In this document: positions 22,027 to 33,454 of the stretch, one piece after another
How positions within the stretch are numbered: the first letter of the stretch is position 1
Layout: each line of letters starts with the position of its first letter
NCBI GenBank assembly: GCA_963719315.1
Contig: CAVRBU010000003.1
Location: forward strand, 32,001-96,000
Source: an uncultured Planctomycetota bacterium
GTDB taxonomy: Bacteria > Planctomycetota > Planctomycetia > Pirellulales > Lacipirellulaceae
DNA length: 64,000 nucleotides
Direction: 5' to 3'
Notes under the pieces: generated by a model
The model's input: the letters and a program-made list of their open reading frames with translations, nothing else
Told to the model about the DNA's origin: nothing
Databases searched by the model: none
Program-made: the position numbers and the translations under genes

Positions 22027-24669
22027 GCTTCCTGCTTTGGTTAATTCGGCAATTGCAAAATGCAAAATTCAAATTGCAAATCGCAAATTGGCGAACCACC
22101 GCATTTTTTGTTTTGCAGTTTGCAATTTGCATTTTGCACTTTCTTCTTAATGTCGGCGATGCGGCGCCCATCGGCACGGCCGCAGCCAACGGCAATAACG
22201 CAACTGCGGAGCACGTGGTCTACGAGATCTCGCGCTTGCGATCGTTCGACGACGAGCGGCTACCGATCGCGCTCATCGCGGCGGCGGCGATCGCACTGGT
22301 CGCGATCGTTTGGCAATTCTATCGGCGGGACGCCGTCGAGCTCACACGCGGCACGCGGTGGGGCGTCATGTTCCTGCGCTGCCTGGCTTTGGCCGGTCTC
22401 TTCGTGTTTTTCCTGGGCATCGAACGGCGGACGACGCGCGAAATCATTCATAACTCGCAGGTCGCGGTATTGGTGGATGTGAGCCAGAGCATGGGCCTGA
22501 GTGAAAACGAGAATTCCAGCGACTCCAAAGCATCGCGGATCGAGTCGGTCGTCGATGCGTTAAGCCACAGCCCACTTATCGCGGATTTGCGGAAGACTCA
22601 CGATGTGAACATCGCCCGGTTCGACCAGGAAGTGGAGCCGATAGTTTCGCTGCCGAAAAGTCAAGAGGAAGGTCAAGGGTCGAGGGTCGAGGGTCGAGGG
22701 CCAGACGCCACCGCATTGCCGTCGAAAATTCCTCCGGCACTGGACTCCCGACTCTCCGCTCTTGACTCCATCGATTGGTTCGCGGAGTTGCAAGCGCGGG
22801 GTACGCAAACTCGACTCGGGCAAGCGCTCGCCGACGACTTGCGGCTGTATCGCGATGCGCCGCTGGCTGGGGTGATTGTCGTCACGGACGGCGCTCAAAA
22901 TGCCGGCATCGAGCCGGGGGCCGCGGTGGAAGTTGCCCATCAATCGAAGGTGCCGCTGTTCACCGTGGGCGTCGGTTCGGCCGCTTCGCAGCGAAACGTT
23001 GCCATTCGCGACCTGATCGTACCCACCCGAGCGTTTCCGAACGACACGCTCAATATCACGGGCTATTTGCAGGCCAACGGCTACGCCGGCCAATCGGTCA
23101 ACGTCGAGTTGACGCGCCGACGGACGCAAGATCCGGCCGGCGGCGGAACACCGATTGACACGCAGCGGGTAGCGCTCGGCCAGGATGGCGAGATGGTCCC
23201 CGTTTCGTTCGACACCGAGCCCGGCGAGCCCGGCACGTTCGTGTTTCAGCTCCGCGTGAAAGCGCCGCCGGAGGACAGCAACCCGCGCGACAACGCGCGC
23301 GAGGCGGAGATCGAAATCGTGGATCGCAAGACACACGTGTTGCTGTTCGCCAGCGGCCCGATGCGCGACTACCAGTTCTTGCGCAATCAGTTGCATCGCG
23401 ATCCGACGATGATCACAGACGTATTCCTGCAAACGACTCAGCCCGGCATTTCGCAGGACGCCAATAAGATTCTCGATCACTTTCCCAGCACGGCCGAGGA
23501 GCTTTACCAATACGATTGCATCGTGGCGTTCGACCCCGATTGGACGAAGCTCGATGCGGCGCAAGTAGAGCTCGTCGAAAAATGGGTCTCCGAAGAGGCG
23601 GGCGGCCTGATCGCGGTGGCCGGGCCGATCGAAACGCCCAAGTGGATTCGCAGCACGGAACACGCCAAGCTTCGCGATTTATACCCGGTCGTGTTTCAAA
23701 ACCGGCTCACACTGCTGGACGATGGCCAAACCGGTGGCGATACGCCGTGGCCGTTGGCGTTCGAGCGAGCGGGCCATGAAGCGAAGTTTTTGTGGATTGC
23801 CAAAAACGCCGAAGAAAGCGAGGCGGCATGGGACAGTTTTCCCGGCGTGTACGGTTTCTTCGCCGTGAAGGGGGAGAAGCCGGGCGCCACGGTTTACGCC
23901 CGGTTCTCGAATCCGGAAACGGGGGCCGCCAACCAGCGGCCCGTTTACATGGCCGGCCAGTTCTATGGCGCGGGCCAGGTGTTTTACCTGGGCGGCGGCG
24001 AGATGTGGCGGCTGCGACGGATCGACCCGGCATATTTCGAAGTCCTCTACACGAAGCTGATTCGTCACGTGAGCCAGGGGCGTATCCTCCGCGGCTCCGC
24101 GCGGCGCGCTGCTCGTGGAGCGCGATCGCTACGAACTCGGAGAAACGATCGTTGTGCGCGCACGCCTTTCCGACCCGCAGCACAAACCGCTCGCCTATGA
24201 CAGCGTGACGGCCCAACTCCTGCGGCCCGATGGCACGGCTGAACCTGTAAAACTAACCGCCGATACGGAGCGGCCCGGCATGTTCATCGGGCAGGCCACG
24301 GTGTTACAGGAGGGCACGTACCAGCTTGCCCTCTCGCTCCCGGGTGGAAACGAAGATCCGCTTACTCGTTACTTGCAAGTTCGCGTCCCGGATCTAGAGC
24401 GTACGCACGCCGAGCGCAACGATCCGCTCCTGGCGTCGATCGCCAAAGGCACGGGCGGCATTTACTACCAACAACTCGACGTCGCGATCCACGGTGACGG
24501 CTCGACGCCGCCGCTGGCCGAGGCGATCAAAAGCCGGGCCGAAGTGAAGCTCGTCAAAGGGGCGCCAGACAAAGAGTTCGCCAAATCCCAAATGAAGTGG
24601 CTGCTGGGCTTGATCGCCGGCTCGCTATTTGTGGAATGGGTCGTGCGGCGAGTGAACCGACTCGCTTAG
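22023..24669 (+). CDS. vWA + glutamine-amidotransferase-like membrane protein (frameshift near 24100)
   Basis: ATGA coupling; two TMs, MIDAS DVSQS and VTDG, C-terminal LFVEWVVRR; ORFs 22023 and 24115 join at a GCGCGC run. Confidence 0.85.
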
Positions 24670-24736
24670 GAACGAATTTCGGATTGAAGCGTTTTTGGTT
24701 CGCAATCCGAAATCCGAAATCGACTGAACAAAAGTA

Positions 24737-27024
24737 ATGGAAGAACAAAACGTCAATCCCGAACTCACCCCCGCTGTCCGCGGCGCCTTAAGCGACGTGC
24801 GCCAGCGGATTCGCGCTTATGTGTTGGTCGAAGGGTTGGCGATGTTGGTCGCGGTATTGGGTCTGGCGTTTTGGCTGGGGATGGGGTGGGATTGGCTGTT
24901 CGAGCCTTCGGCGGACGTGCGGCGGGTCGGGCTGATTGTCGTCGGTTGTGCGGCGATCTACGTTTTCTATCGCTATCTGCTTCGCCGAGTATTCGTGCCG
25001 ATTTCCGACACCACGGCAGCGATATTACTTGAGCGGCGGTTTGCGAATTTGGAGGACCATCTCATAACGGCGGTCGATGTGGCCGCCGCGCCGAGCGGGC
25101 AAAGACGTACCATCCGCAGCTCATTTCCGAAACTACGCAGGCGGCGGACCGGGCCGTTGCCGGCCTTCCCGTGTCCCAGTTGTTCAATCGCCGGCCGCTC
25201 GTTCGTACAATTGCTACGGCGGCCGCGCTTGCGGTTTCGATCGGCGTATTGGCGATCGCGTCGCGCGATGTGTTCGGCTTCTGGCTCCAGCGAATCGCGC
25301 TCAGTGAAGAACCCTGGCCTCGCCGCGTGCACCTCGAAGTCGTCGGCTTTCCGGCGGATGCCAATGGCCGACGCACGCATAAGCTCGCTCAGGATGATGA
25401 CTTGGAGCTGCTCGTGCATGCCCGTACCGATGGCTACCAGGCGCCGAATGAAGTGGAGATACGTTTCCGCCTGGCGGATGGCCGCCGCGGCCGCGACACG
25501 CTCACTCGAGTGGGCGACGCTGCCGGCGGCCAGGGCGATTTTCAGCTCTTCCGTTATGAGTTCAAGCATGTCACGGGCGACATGGAGTTCGACATCGTGG
25601 GCGGCGACGACCGTATCCGCGACCTGCATCTGCAGGTGGTCGATCGGCCCGAACTTTATTCGATCGAATTGGAATGCTCATACCCAGAATATTTGGGGCG
25701 CGAAACACGTCGGCTGCCGGTTACGGGCGGCATGCGAATTCCGGAAGGAACGCGGCTCGTTCTGCACGCCTCGTCCACCAAGCCTCTGACGGCCGCTCGC
25801 GTCCGCGGATCGCAGGACAAGGGGGAAAAATCGCTGGATTTGGGGGATCGGGCGGAACAAAAACTTAGCTGGGATTACGGCACGCTCAATTCCGACGACG
25901 TGCTCATCGTGAGCGTGACGGATATCGACGGCGTGGCATCGCGCGAGCCGTACCGAGTATCGCTTTCCGCGGTGAAAGACGATGTACCACAAGTTGCCGT
26001 GCGGCTTTCCGGCATTGGCACGGCGATCACTCCCGATGCCGTGCTGCCGTTGGTCGGCAGAATCACGGATGACTACGGCCTCGACCAGGCATGGTTCGAG
26101 TACCAGGTTGATGGCGGGCCGGTCACGACATTGCCTCTTACTCAGCAACCGCGCGGTGAACCGACGCTCGAGAAGATCGACGCGTTCGATACGCGTTCGA
26201 TCGATTCCAAGTCGGGCCAGCGAATACTCACTTTGAAACCGAAGCAGCGGCTGACGCTCACGTTGAAAGCCTCGGACCGATTCAATTTGTCGAAAGATCC
26301 CCGGGCCGGGAGCAGTCAGCAATTCGCAGTCGACGTGGTGACGGTCGCCGATCTGCTCGCGTTGCTGGAGCGTCGCGAGCTGGGGCTGCGCCAGCGATTC
26401 GAAGCCATCTACGAAAAACTGACCGACACGAGAAACCTGTTGAATCGCGTGGAATCGAACGACACTGCCGACGCCGCGGAGCCATCCGCGGCCGGCGCAA
26501 CCGCCAAACCGGAAGAAAGGGAAGCGGCAAAGTCCGAAATCACGGCGGAAACGGCCCAACGGATGCTATCGCGGCGGCGTCTTCGCGTCGCCGGGTCGCT
26601 GCAAAACGTCGTGCAATCAGCGGACGAAGTGAAGGGCGTTGCCGAGGCGTTTGATGATTTGGGCGCGGAGCTGACCAACAACCGCATTGATAACCCCGAC
26701 CTAAAAAGCCGCCTGGGGGAACAAATTGCCCAGCCGTTGCATCTAATTGCCGAGCAGCGTATGCCGCAACTTGCCGCGCAGCTAAAATTGGTGGAGGAGC
26801 GATTGGAAGACCCCGCCGCCACGGCCCCGGAGTTGAAAAAGGCGATCGCCCAGGCGGATGCCATCCTGGTTTCCATGCGTCAAGTGCTCAACAAGATGCT
26901 GGAACTTGAAACGTACAACGAGGTGGTGGCCCTGCTTCGCGGGATCATCACCGACCAGGACGAAATCAATCGCCGCACGAAAGAACGACAGAAAGAGAAA
27001 CTGAAGGGTTTGTTCGACAAATGA
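24737..27024 (+). CDS. Membrane-anchored Ig-like/coiled-coil protein, DUF4175-like (frameshift near 25100)
   Basis: N-terminal TMs, LERRF..L.D.L.TAV, DDYGL motif, C-terminal coiled coil. Confidence 0.75.
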
Positions 27025-27036
27025 GGGAGCGCGATC

Positions 27037-28947
27037 ATGGCTTCACGCACAGGCGCAAATGCCCGAAGCAACGGAAACGTCGTGTTGATCCATTCGAGAA
27101 TTCGATTTTCGCAAGCGAACTTTGCGCCTTGCGCACTGGGCGTGAGCCTCGCCTTGGTTGCGATCGTTTTCGGCTGCGGTGATTCGGCTCTCGCACAGGA
27201 GCCCGCACCAGGCGATAAACCGGCTGCCGCTACGGATGATAAGCCTGTTGCCCCGTCGGATGAGAAGCCGGCCGCAACCCCGACCGGGCCGGGCGCCACC
27301 GATGAGCTGTCGATCGATCAGGCTCGCTTGGCCGATCGGTTCAAGCGGCTGGAAGAAGTCGTGGGCCGGCTGGCCGAGTTGTCGTCATCCAGTGACCCGC
27401 GACGGGCAAAGTTGCTCCGCGACGCAATCGCACAAAGCCGCGAGCAGGATATCAACGTGCGGTTCGAATCGATCGTCAAATTGCTCCAGGACGAACGACT
27501 GTCGGCCGCGGCCACGAATCAGACCGACTTGCAGAAAGAGCTCGACGGACTGCTCACGCTGCTCCTTAAGGCCGACCGCGACAAAGAGCTCAATTCGGAG
27601 CGCGAGCGGGTGAAGGCCTACTTGAAGGAAGTCGGCCGCCTGATTCGAGAGCAAAAGGGCGTAAAGGCCCGCACTGAGGGTGGCGATGACTTGAAATTGC
27701 TCGGCGGCGATCAACAGCGGATTGCGCTCGATACCGGCAAGCTGGGCGGAAACATCTCCAAGACCGAAAGCGATAAGAAATCGAACGGCGACAAGAAGGA
27801 CGACAAAAACGTCAAGCCGTCCGACTCCGGCGAACAAAAATCGGACGACAAGAATTCGGGCGATAAGAAACCTGGCGATAAGAAATCGGACGACAAACAA
27901 AAGCTGGGCGACTCCAAGTCGGGCAAGCCTTCTGATTCTCAAAAGCCATCCGCAGGTGATCCGTCGGGTGAGCCTCCGTCGCAGCCTGAGGAAGGACAAC
28001 CTTCGGAAGACCAACCCGGCAAATCGGGTAAGTCGCAGCCTTCCCAATCGCCGCCGTTGCCGGGCCAGCCGGGCTCACCGCCATCCGGTGACGAAAACAG
28101 CGATGAGCAACAACAGCAGCAAGATCCGGCCGATCGCGCGACCGATCGACTCAAAAAAGCCCAGCAGCAAATGGAGCAGGCCAAGAAAAAATTGGAGGAC
28201 GCTCAGCGTAAAGGCGCAACGGATCGGCAGCAGCAAGCGATCAAAGAATTGGAACAGGCGAAGGCCGAGTTGGAGCGAGTCTTACGCCAGCTCCGCGAAG
28301 AAGAACTGGAGCGGACGCTTACGCAGCTCGCCGCCCGGTTCCGCAAGATGCTCGAAATGCAAACGGCCGTATACGATGGCACCGTGCGAGTCGACCAAGT
28401 GCCGCAAGCGGAGCGAACGCACGACCATGAAATCGAGTCGGCCCGGCTAAGCCGCGAGGAATCGCAAATCGTTCACGAGGTCGAGAAGGCGCTGTCGCTG
28501 CTCCGCGAGGAAGGGTCCTCCGTTGCCTTCCCGGAAGCGGTCGAGCAAATGCGCGACGACATGCGACAGGTCGCCGAGCGTTTGGCCGCGATAAAAGTCG
28601 ATAAGCTCACGCAAGGTATCGAGCAGGACATCATCGCCGCGTTGGAAGAAACGATCACGGCCCTCGATAAATCGATCAAAGATTTGGAGCAGAAACGCAC
28701 GCCTCCGGGTCAGCAGCCGGCCGCCGGCCAGCCGGGCGAGATGCCGCTCGTCGATAAATTGGCTGAGTTGAAAATGATTCGGTCCTTGCAAATGCGGATC
28801 AATAAGCGGACTCAACGTTACGGTGAAATGATCAAAGGGGAGCAGGCGGAGACGCCCGAACTCCTGAAAGCCGTCCAGGACCTGGCGGAGCGGCAGGAAC
28901 GTGTCTATAAAGCGACGGCCGATTTGCAGCAGGAACGCAACGATTGA
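27037..28947 (+). CDS. Secreted coiled-coil protein with D/K/S/P/Q-rich linker (DUF4175-like)
   Basis: Signal peptide ending SALA-QE; long Q/E/L helices; low-complexity linker; LAELKMIRSLQ..IN.RT. Confidence 0.8.
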   Translation: MASRTGANARSNGNVVLIHSRIRFSQANFAPCALGVSLALVAIVFGCGDSALAQEPAPGDKPAAATDDKPVAPSDEKPAATPTGPGATDELSIDQARLADRFKRLEEVVGRLAELSSSSDPRRAKLLRDAIAQSREQDINVRFESIVKLLQDERLSAAATNQTDLQKELDGLLTLLLKADRDKELNSERERVKAYLKEVGRLIREQKGVKARTEGGDDLKLLGGDQQRIALDTGKLGGNISKTESDKKSNGDKKDDKNVKPSDSGEQKSDDKNSGDKKPGDKKSDDKQKLGDSKSGKPSDSQKPSAGDPSGEPPSQPEEGQPSEDQPGKSGKSQPSQSPPLPGQPGSPPSGDENSDEQQQQQDPADRATDRLKKAQQQMEQAKKKLEDAQRKGATDRQQQAIKELEQAKAELERVLRQLREEELERTLTQLAARFRKMLEMQTAVYDGTVRVDQVPQAERTHDHEIESARLSREESQIVHEVEKALSLLREEGSSVAFPEAVEQMRDDMRQVAERLAAIKVDKLTQGIEQDIIAALEETITALDKSIKDLEQKRTPPGQQPAAGQPGEMPLVDKLAELKMIRSLQMRINKRTQRYGEMIKGEQAETPELLKAVQDLAERQERVYKATADLQQERND

Positions 28948-29157
28948 GGTTTTGCTGGCCGGGCACGTGTGGCACAATGGAGGAGCTATTTCGCCGGCTC
29001 GACCTAGACTCTTGGTAAGCCGGGGAACTTGCCGATGAAAGTAACGGTTGCACGATTTGTTGGACAGGCGATCATAGTGGTGAATAATAGAGTATGAGAA
29101 ACTCGGCGGCCGGCGGGTTCAGAATGCCCGCCGTATGACCACAAGGATCCATTCCCA

Positions 29158-30213
29158 ATGACCGACCGACGCCCCAGCCGCATCATTACCGTCGCCCTGA
29201 TTCTGTCGATCGCCTCGGCCGTCGCCTACGCGGGCAGCGAGTTCATGGCCGAGCCGACTTGGCAGCCGGTTAAGCCGGAAGCCGTGCGGGCCAGCCTCGA
29301 CGTGTATCTTCAATCCGCCCACATCGCCGCCAGTCGTCAGCTCGAAGCTCGAGACGCCTGGCGCGCGGCGGCCGAGGACGCGGATGCCGACACGCTCGAC
29401 CGCCTGGCTCAATGCCTGGCCAAAGCGGATGATCGCGTTGCCGAGTTGACGCGGTTTTGTGCCGCCCCGGCGAAGGACGGTGAAGCGGTGCCCGAGTTTG
29501 CCTGGCTAGCCGATAGCGAGACACCGCTCTTAGTGCGGAACAACATGCGGCTCTACCTGGCCCGCTGGCTCGTGCAGCAGGGTTTTTACGACGAAGCGAT
29601 TTCGTGGACGAACGGATTAGGGACGGATGACGTCGTCGCGCCTGACGCGCTCCTGTTCTATCGCGCGATTGCCTACCATCAGCTCGTCCAGCCTACGCAG
29701 GCCGATACGGCCCTGGCTCAATTGATGCAGCGACAAGAAGGTCTGCCGACGCGCTACCAGAAGCTTGCCGACCTTATGCGGCACGATCTATCGGGCTTGC
29801 AAGACGATTCGCTCGATCACATCTCTCGGCGAATGAATGATATTCGCCGCCGGCTCGCTCAAGGCAGGCCGGGCGAGCGCGTGCAAGGCGTTGAGAAGGG
29901 CGTCATCGAATCGCTTGATAAGCTGATCAAGAAGGCGGAAGACGAAGCTCAAAAACAGGCGCAGGCTGCCTCGAAATCCGGACCGTCGCAACCGAGCACG
30001 CCGATGCAGGATAGCCAGATCGCCGAGCTGAAAGGGCCCGGCAAAATCGATCACAAAGATGTGGGCCACAAGGCGGGTTGGGGCAACATGAACGACAAAG
30101 ATCGAGAGAAGGCCCTCCAAGAGATCGGTCGCGAGTTCCCCTCCCATTATCGCGAGGTCATTGAAGAGTATTTTCGTCGGTTGGCGGCTGAGGAATCGGC
30201 CGACAAACGCTGA
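29158..30213 (+). CDS. Secreted TPR-like hypothetical protein
   Basis: Signal peptide; helical repeats; WG.M...DRE.ALQ.I...FP.HYREVIEEYFRRLA tail. Confidence 0.8.
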   Translation: MTDRRPSRIITVALILSIASAVAYAGSEFMAEPTWQPVKPEAVRASLDVYLQSAHIAASRQLEARDAWRAAAEDADADTLDRLAQCLAKADDRVAELTRFCAAPAKDGEAVPEFAWLADSETPLLVRNNMRLYLARWLVQQGFYDEAISWTNGLGTDDVVAPDALLFYRAIAYHQLVQPTQADTALAQLMQRQEGLPTRYQKLADLMRHDLSGLQDDSLDHISRRMNDIRRRLAQGRPGERVQGVEKGVIESLDKLIKKAEDEAQKQAQAASKSGPSQPSTPMQDSQIAELKGPGKIDHKDVGHKAGWGNMNDKDREKALQEIGREFPSHYREVIEEYFRRLAAEESADKR

Positions 30214-30220
30214 CCGATTG

Positions 30221-31600
30221 ATGACATTCGCTCCCACGCGCCGGACGATTTCGTCCGCCAGTCCCCACGACCTAGCACGAGCGAGATCACACTTGTCCCT
30301 ATTGCGCGGCCGCATTTGCCTGGCGATGAACACGGCAGCCGTGTTGCCGCTGTTGGTCCCGCTGCTCGTTGGATTGGTTGGCTCAAACTCGGCTCGAGCG
30401 GCCGATGTAACGGCCACGCGGCTCGATGGCACGGCGGTTACCGGCAAATTGCAGGGCTGGAATGAAGGACTGGTCGTCGTTGCCACGCCTTCCGGCGATC
30501 AGCGGATTTCGACAGACCAACTGCTGAACGTTCGCTGGCTGGGGACCGCGGAGGCGCCGACGCCGGCCGATGGGTCTGCGGGATTTACCGAGCTGACCGA
30601 CGGTACGTTGATTCCCATAAGTTCGCTCCGCATCGACGGCAAACAGGCCGCGTTGGTGCTTGACCAGCCCGGGGAACCGCAGGCCAAAACGATCAACCTG
30701 CCCACGTCGCAGCTTGCGGCGGTCCGGTTCCAACGATTCGACGCCAGCCTCGCGAGTCAGTGGGACGAAATTCGCAAGCAAAACCTGGCCAACGATCTGC
30801 TCGTCGTGCTGAAGCGCGATGGTAAGAGCCTCGACTATGTCGAAGGCGTGTTGGGCGACATCACCGACGACAAGGTGGAATTCAAACTGGACAATGAAAT
30901 CAATCGCGTCGATCGCTCGAAGGTGGCCGGCGTCCTTTTTTATCGCACCGATCGCCACGCGAATGCAGAACCGCGGATTTCGCTCGAAGGCCGCTCGGGG
31001 TTGCGTGCGCGTGTCGCGAATGTTCAATTCGTCGAACCGCACGTCGTCGCCCTGACCACCATCGGCGGCGCTAAGTTCATTTGGCCGGTCGATGACATCA
31101 ATGTCGCGGACTTCTCGCCCGGCAAGCTCACGTATCTGAGCGACATCGAACCCGCCTCGCAGAATTGGGCGTCGCTAGTGACGTTGCCCACCAGTTACGG
31201 CCAACCGCTCCGCGATCGTTCGGCATTCGGCGGAAAGCTTTCATTGTGGACCGACGACAGAGAAGGTGATGCGTCGTCGCAGGGCGGCGCCCGCTCGTAC
31301 AGCAAAGGGCTGGCGCTGCGGAGTCGCACCGAGCTAGTTTATCGGTTGCCGGCCGGCTTCAATCGGTTCACGGCGCTTGCTGGAATCGATCCGGCGGCGG
31401 GCGCGAGCGGCAACGTCCGATTGGCGATATACGCCGATGATCGGACGCTCCTGGAAACAGACATTGCCGGCGATCAGCCGCCGCAACTGATCGACGTGGA
31501 AATCACCGGTGCAAAGCGTCTTAAAATCCTAGTGGATTTCGGTCAAAATCAGGACAGCGGCGATTGGCTTAACTTGTGCAATGCGAAGATCGTGAAATGA
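30221..31600 (+). CDS. NPCBM/NEW2 domain protein
   Basis: YLSD...Y.KGL..RSRTELVY.L...F.RF.A.AGID...LKILVDFG...GDWL; start uncertain (30221 or 30326). Confidence 0.82.
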   Translation: MTFAPTRRTISSASPHDLARARSHLSLLRGRICLAMNTAAVLPLLVPLLVGLVGSNSARAADVTATRLDGTAVTGKLQGWNEGLVVVATPSGDQRISTDQLLNVRWLGTAEAPTPADGSAGFTELTDGTLIPISSLRIDGKQAALVLDQPGEPQAKTINLPTSQLAAVRFQRFDASLASQWDEIRKQNLANDLLVVLKRDGKSLDYVEGVLGDITDDKVEFKLDNEINRVDRSKVAGVLFYRTDRHANAEPRISLEGRSGLRARVANVQFVEPHVVALTTIGGAKFIWPVDDINVADFSPGKLTYLSDIEPASQNWASLVTLPTSYGQPLRDRSAFGGKLSLWTDDREGDASSQGGARSYSKGLALRSRTELVYRLPAGFNRFTALAGIDPAAGASGNVRLAIYADDRTLLETDIAGDQPPQLIDVEITGAKRLKILVDFGQNQDSGDWLNLCNAKIVK

Positions 31601-33453
31601 CCGTGCCCCACCGGATCAGCGAGTTCGCAATTCGCGCCGGCTGCGGTGCGCACCGAGTCTCTGCAATTTGCGTTTTGCAATTTGCAATTTGCATTTTGCA
31701 ATTGCCCGCCGCTGCCGTCTTCGCCGCCGACCCAGACGCCGAAGTCTTGGCCGCCGAAGAGGCCCGCGTCGAAGTCATCAACCGCATCTCCCGGCCAACG
31801 GTCGCGATCTTTTCGGCGGACGGCAAAGGGGGCGGTTCGGGCGTCATCATTTCCACGGATGGCTACGCGCTGACGAATTTCCACGTCGCTGCTCCCACCG
31901 GGCCCGCCATGAAGGCCGGCCTTTCCGATGGCCGGTTCGTCGATGCCGTGCTGGTCGGCCTCGATCCGGGTGGCGATGTCGCGCTTGTGAAACTGCTCGA
32001 TAAAGGCGAGTTCCCCGCCGCCGAGTTGGGCAACAGCGACAACTGCCGCGCAGGCCAATGGGTATACGTCGCCGGCAATCCGTTTCTGCTGGCCGAGGAT
32101 TTCAAACCCACGATCACCTACGGGATCCTTTCGGGCGTTCACCGGTATCAATTCCCGTCCGGCACGCTGCTGGAATACGCCGATTGTCTGCAGACCGATG
32201 CGGCGATCAACCCCGGCAACTCCGGCGGGCCGATGTTCGATGCGGATGGAAAACTGATCGGCATCAATGGCCGCGGCTCGTTCGAAAAGCGCGGGCGCGT
32301 GAATGTCGGCGTCGGGTATGCCATTTCGATCAATCAGATCAAGCGATTTATCGGTTTGCTGAAGAGCGGCAGGTTCGTGGATCACGCTTCGCTGGGCGCG
32401 ACCGTTTCGACGGATTCCGACGGCCGCGTCATTGTGGACGAAATCTTGGAGAGCAGCGACGCCTTTCGCCGTGGCCTGCGTTACGGCGATGAGCTATTGA
32501 ACTTCGCCGGCCGGGAGATCAGTTCAGCGAATGCGTTCAAGAATGCGCTTGGCACGTACCCGGCGGGTTGGATTGTGCCGCTTACGTATCGTCGCGATGG
32601 CAAGGAAGTCGATCTGCGCGTGCGGCTGGCCGCCGTACATCGTGAGGGCGAGCTCGAAGCGCTGCTCCAATCCGAGAAGAAATCGCCCGAGCCGAAACGA
32701 CCCGGCCAGGAAAAACCGAAGCAACCTGGGCCAGATGCGCCGAAGCCTGGTGTCCCCCGCCGCGCGAATGCGAAAGCGAAACGCAAGTCGCCAATTCCCA
32801 AGGATGTGCGGCAGTATTACGAGGCAGCCCCCGGCTACGCGAACTACTGGTTCAATCGGTATCACCAACAGCGGATTTGGAACGCGTATCTGGCCCACGG
32901 CGATTTCGCCGAAGCGGGGTGGAATTGGAAAATCAGAGCGACCTTGGCGAACGCTAAGGGTGACGTCGAAATCGACCTTACGGAGAAAAATGGCTCGATT
33001 ACCATGCCCGATGGCCAGTCGGGGGTTGAATTCGGCTCGTCGCTCACGAACGTAACAGGCCCGCCGCGGTCGGGGGGCCTGCTCGCCGCGCTGCACGTAT
33101 GGCAGCGGTTGTTGCTCGTGGGTCCGCGGAAGTTCGGCGAAGTTTATTACCTGGGACCGATGCCTTGGAAGACCGACGATAAGCTGGCCGACTGCCTCGT
33201 GGCCACGCACGCTGGCGTCGAGACCCGCTTTTATTTCGATCCAGACAGCTCCAACCTCGTCGGCATTGAGTTCTTCTCCTCCGACGAAGAAGACCCGTGC
33301 GAGATTACATTCGACGACGTTCGCCCAGTGGGCGACCGCCTGCTGCCGCATCACTGGAATATCAGCCTGGGCGACGACGTGTTTGCGGAGTTGAACGTGA
33401 GTTCTTACGAGTTCGGCTCAAAAGACGCCGATGCAAGCGCCGAGAAGAAGTAG
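31597..33453 (+). CDS. Trypsin-like (S1C/HtrA) serine protease with PDZ and LolA-like C-terminus
   Basis: GSGV, TNFHV (His), DVALV (Asp), QTDAAINPGNSGGP (Ser); ATGA coupling. Confidence 0.92.
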   Translation: MTVPHRISEFAIRAGCGAHRVSAICVLQFAICILQLPAAAVFAADPDAEVLAAEEARVEVINRISRPTVAIFSADGKGGGSGVIISTDGYALTNFHVAAPTGPAMKAGLSDGRFVDAVLVGLDPGGDVALVKLLDKGEFPAAELGNSDNCRAGQWVYVAGNPFLLAEDFKPTITYGILSGVHRYQFPSGTLLEYADCLQTDAAINPGNSGGPMFDADGKLIGINGRGSFEKRGRVNVGVGYAISINQIKRFIGLLKSGRFVDHASLGATVSTDSDGRVIVDEILESSDAFRRGLRYGDELLNFAGREISSANAFKNALGTYPAGWIVPLTYRRDGKEVDLRVRLAAVHREGELEALLQSEKKSPEPKRPGQEKPKQPGPDAPKPGVPRRANAKAKRKSPIPKDVRQYYEAAPGYANYWFNRYHQQRIWNAYLAHGDFAEAGWNWKIRATLANAKGDVEIDLTEKNGSITMPDGQSGVEFGSSLTNVTGPPRSGGLLAALHVWQRLLLVGPRKFGEVYYLGPMPWKTDDKLADCLVATHAGVETRFYFDPDSSNLVGIEFFSSDEEDPCEITFDDVRPVGDRLLPHHWNISLGDDVFAELNVSSYEFGSKDADASAEKK

Positions 33454-33454
33454 C

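Noticed and set aside
27770..28125. GACAAGAA-like repeats in the coiled-coil gene as a DNA element
   Set aside because: Explained by a low-complexity DKK(S/P)G and P/Q/S protein linker with synonymous variation.
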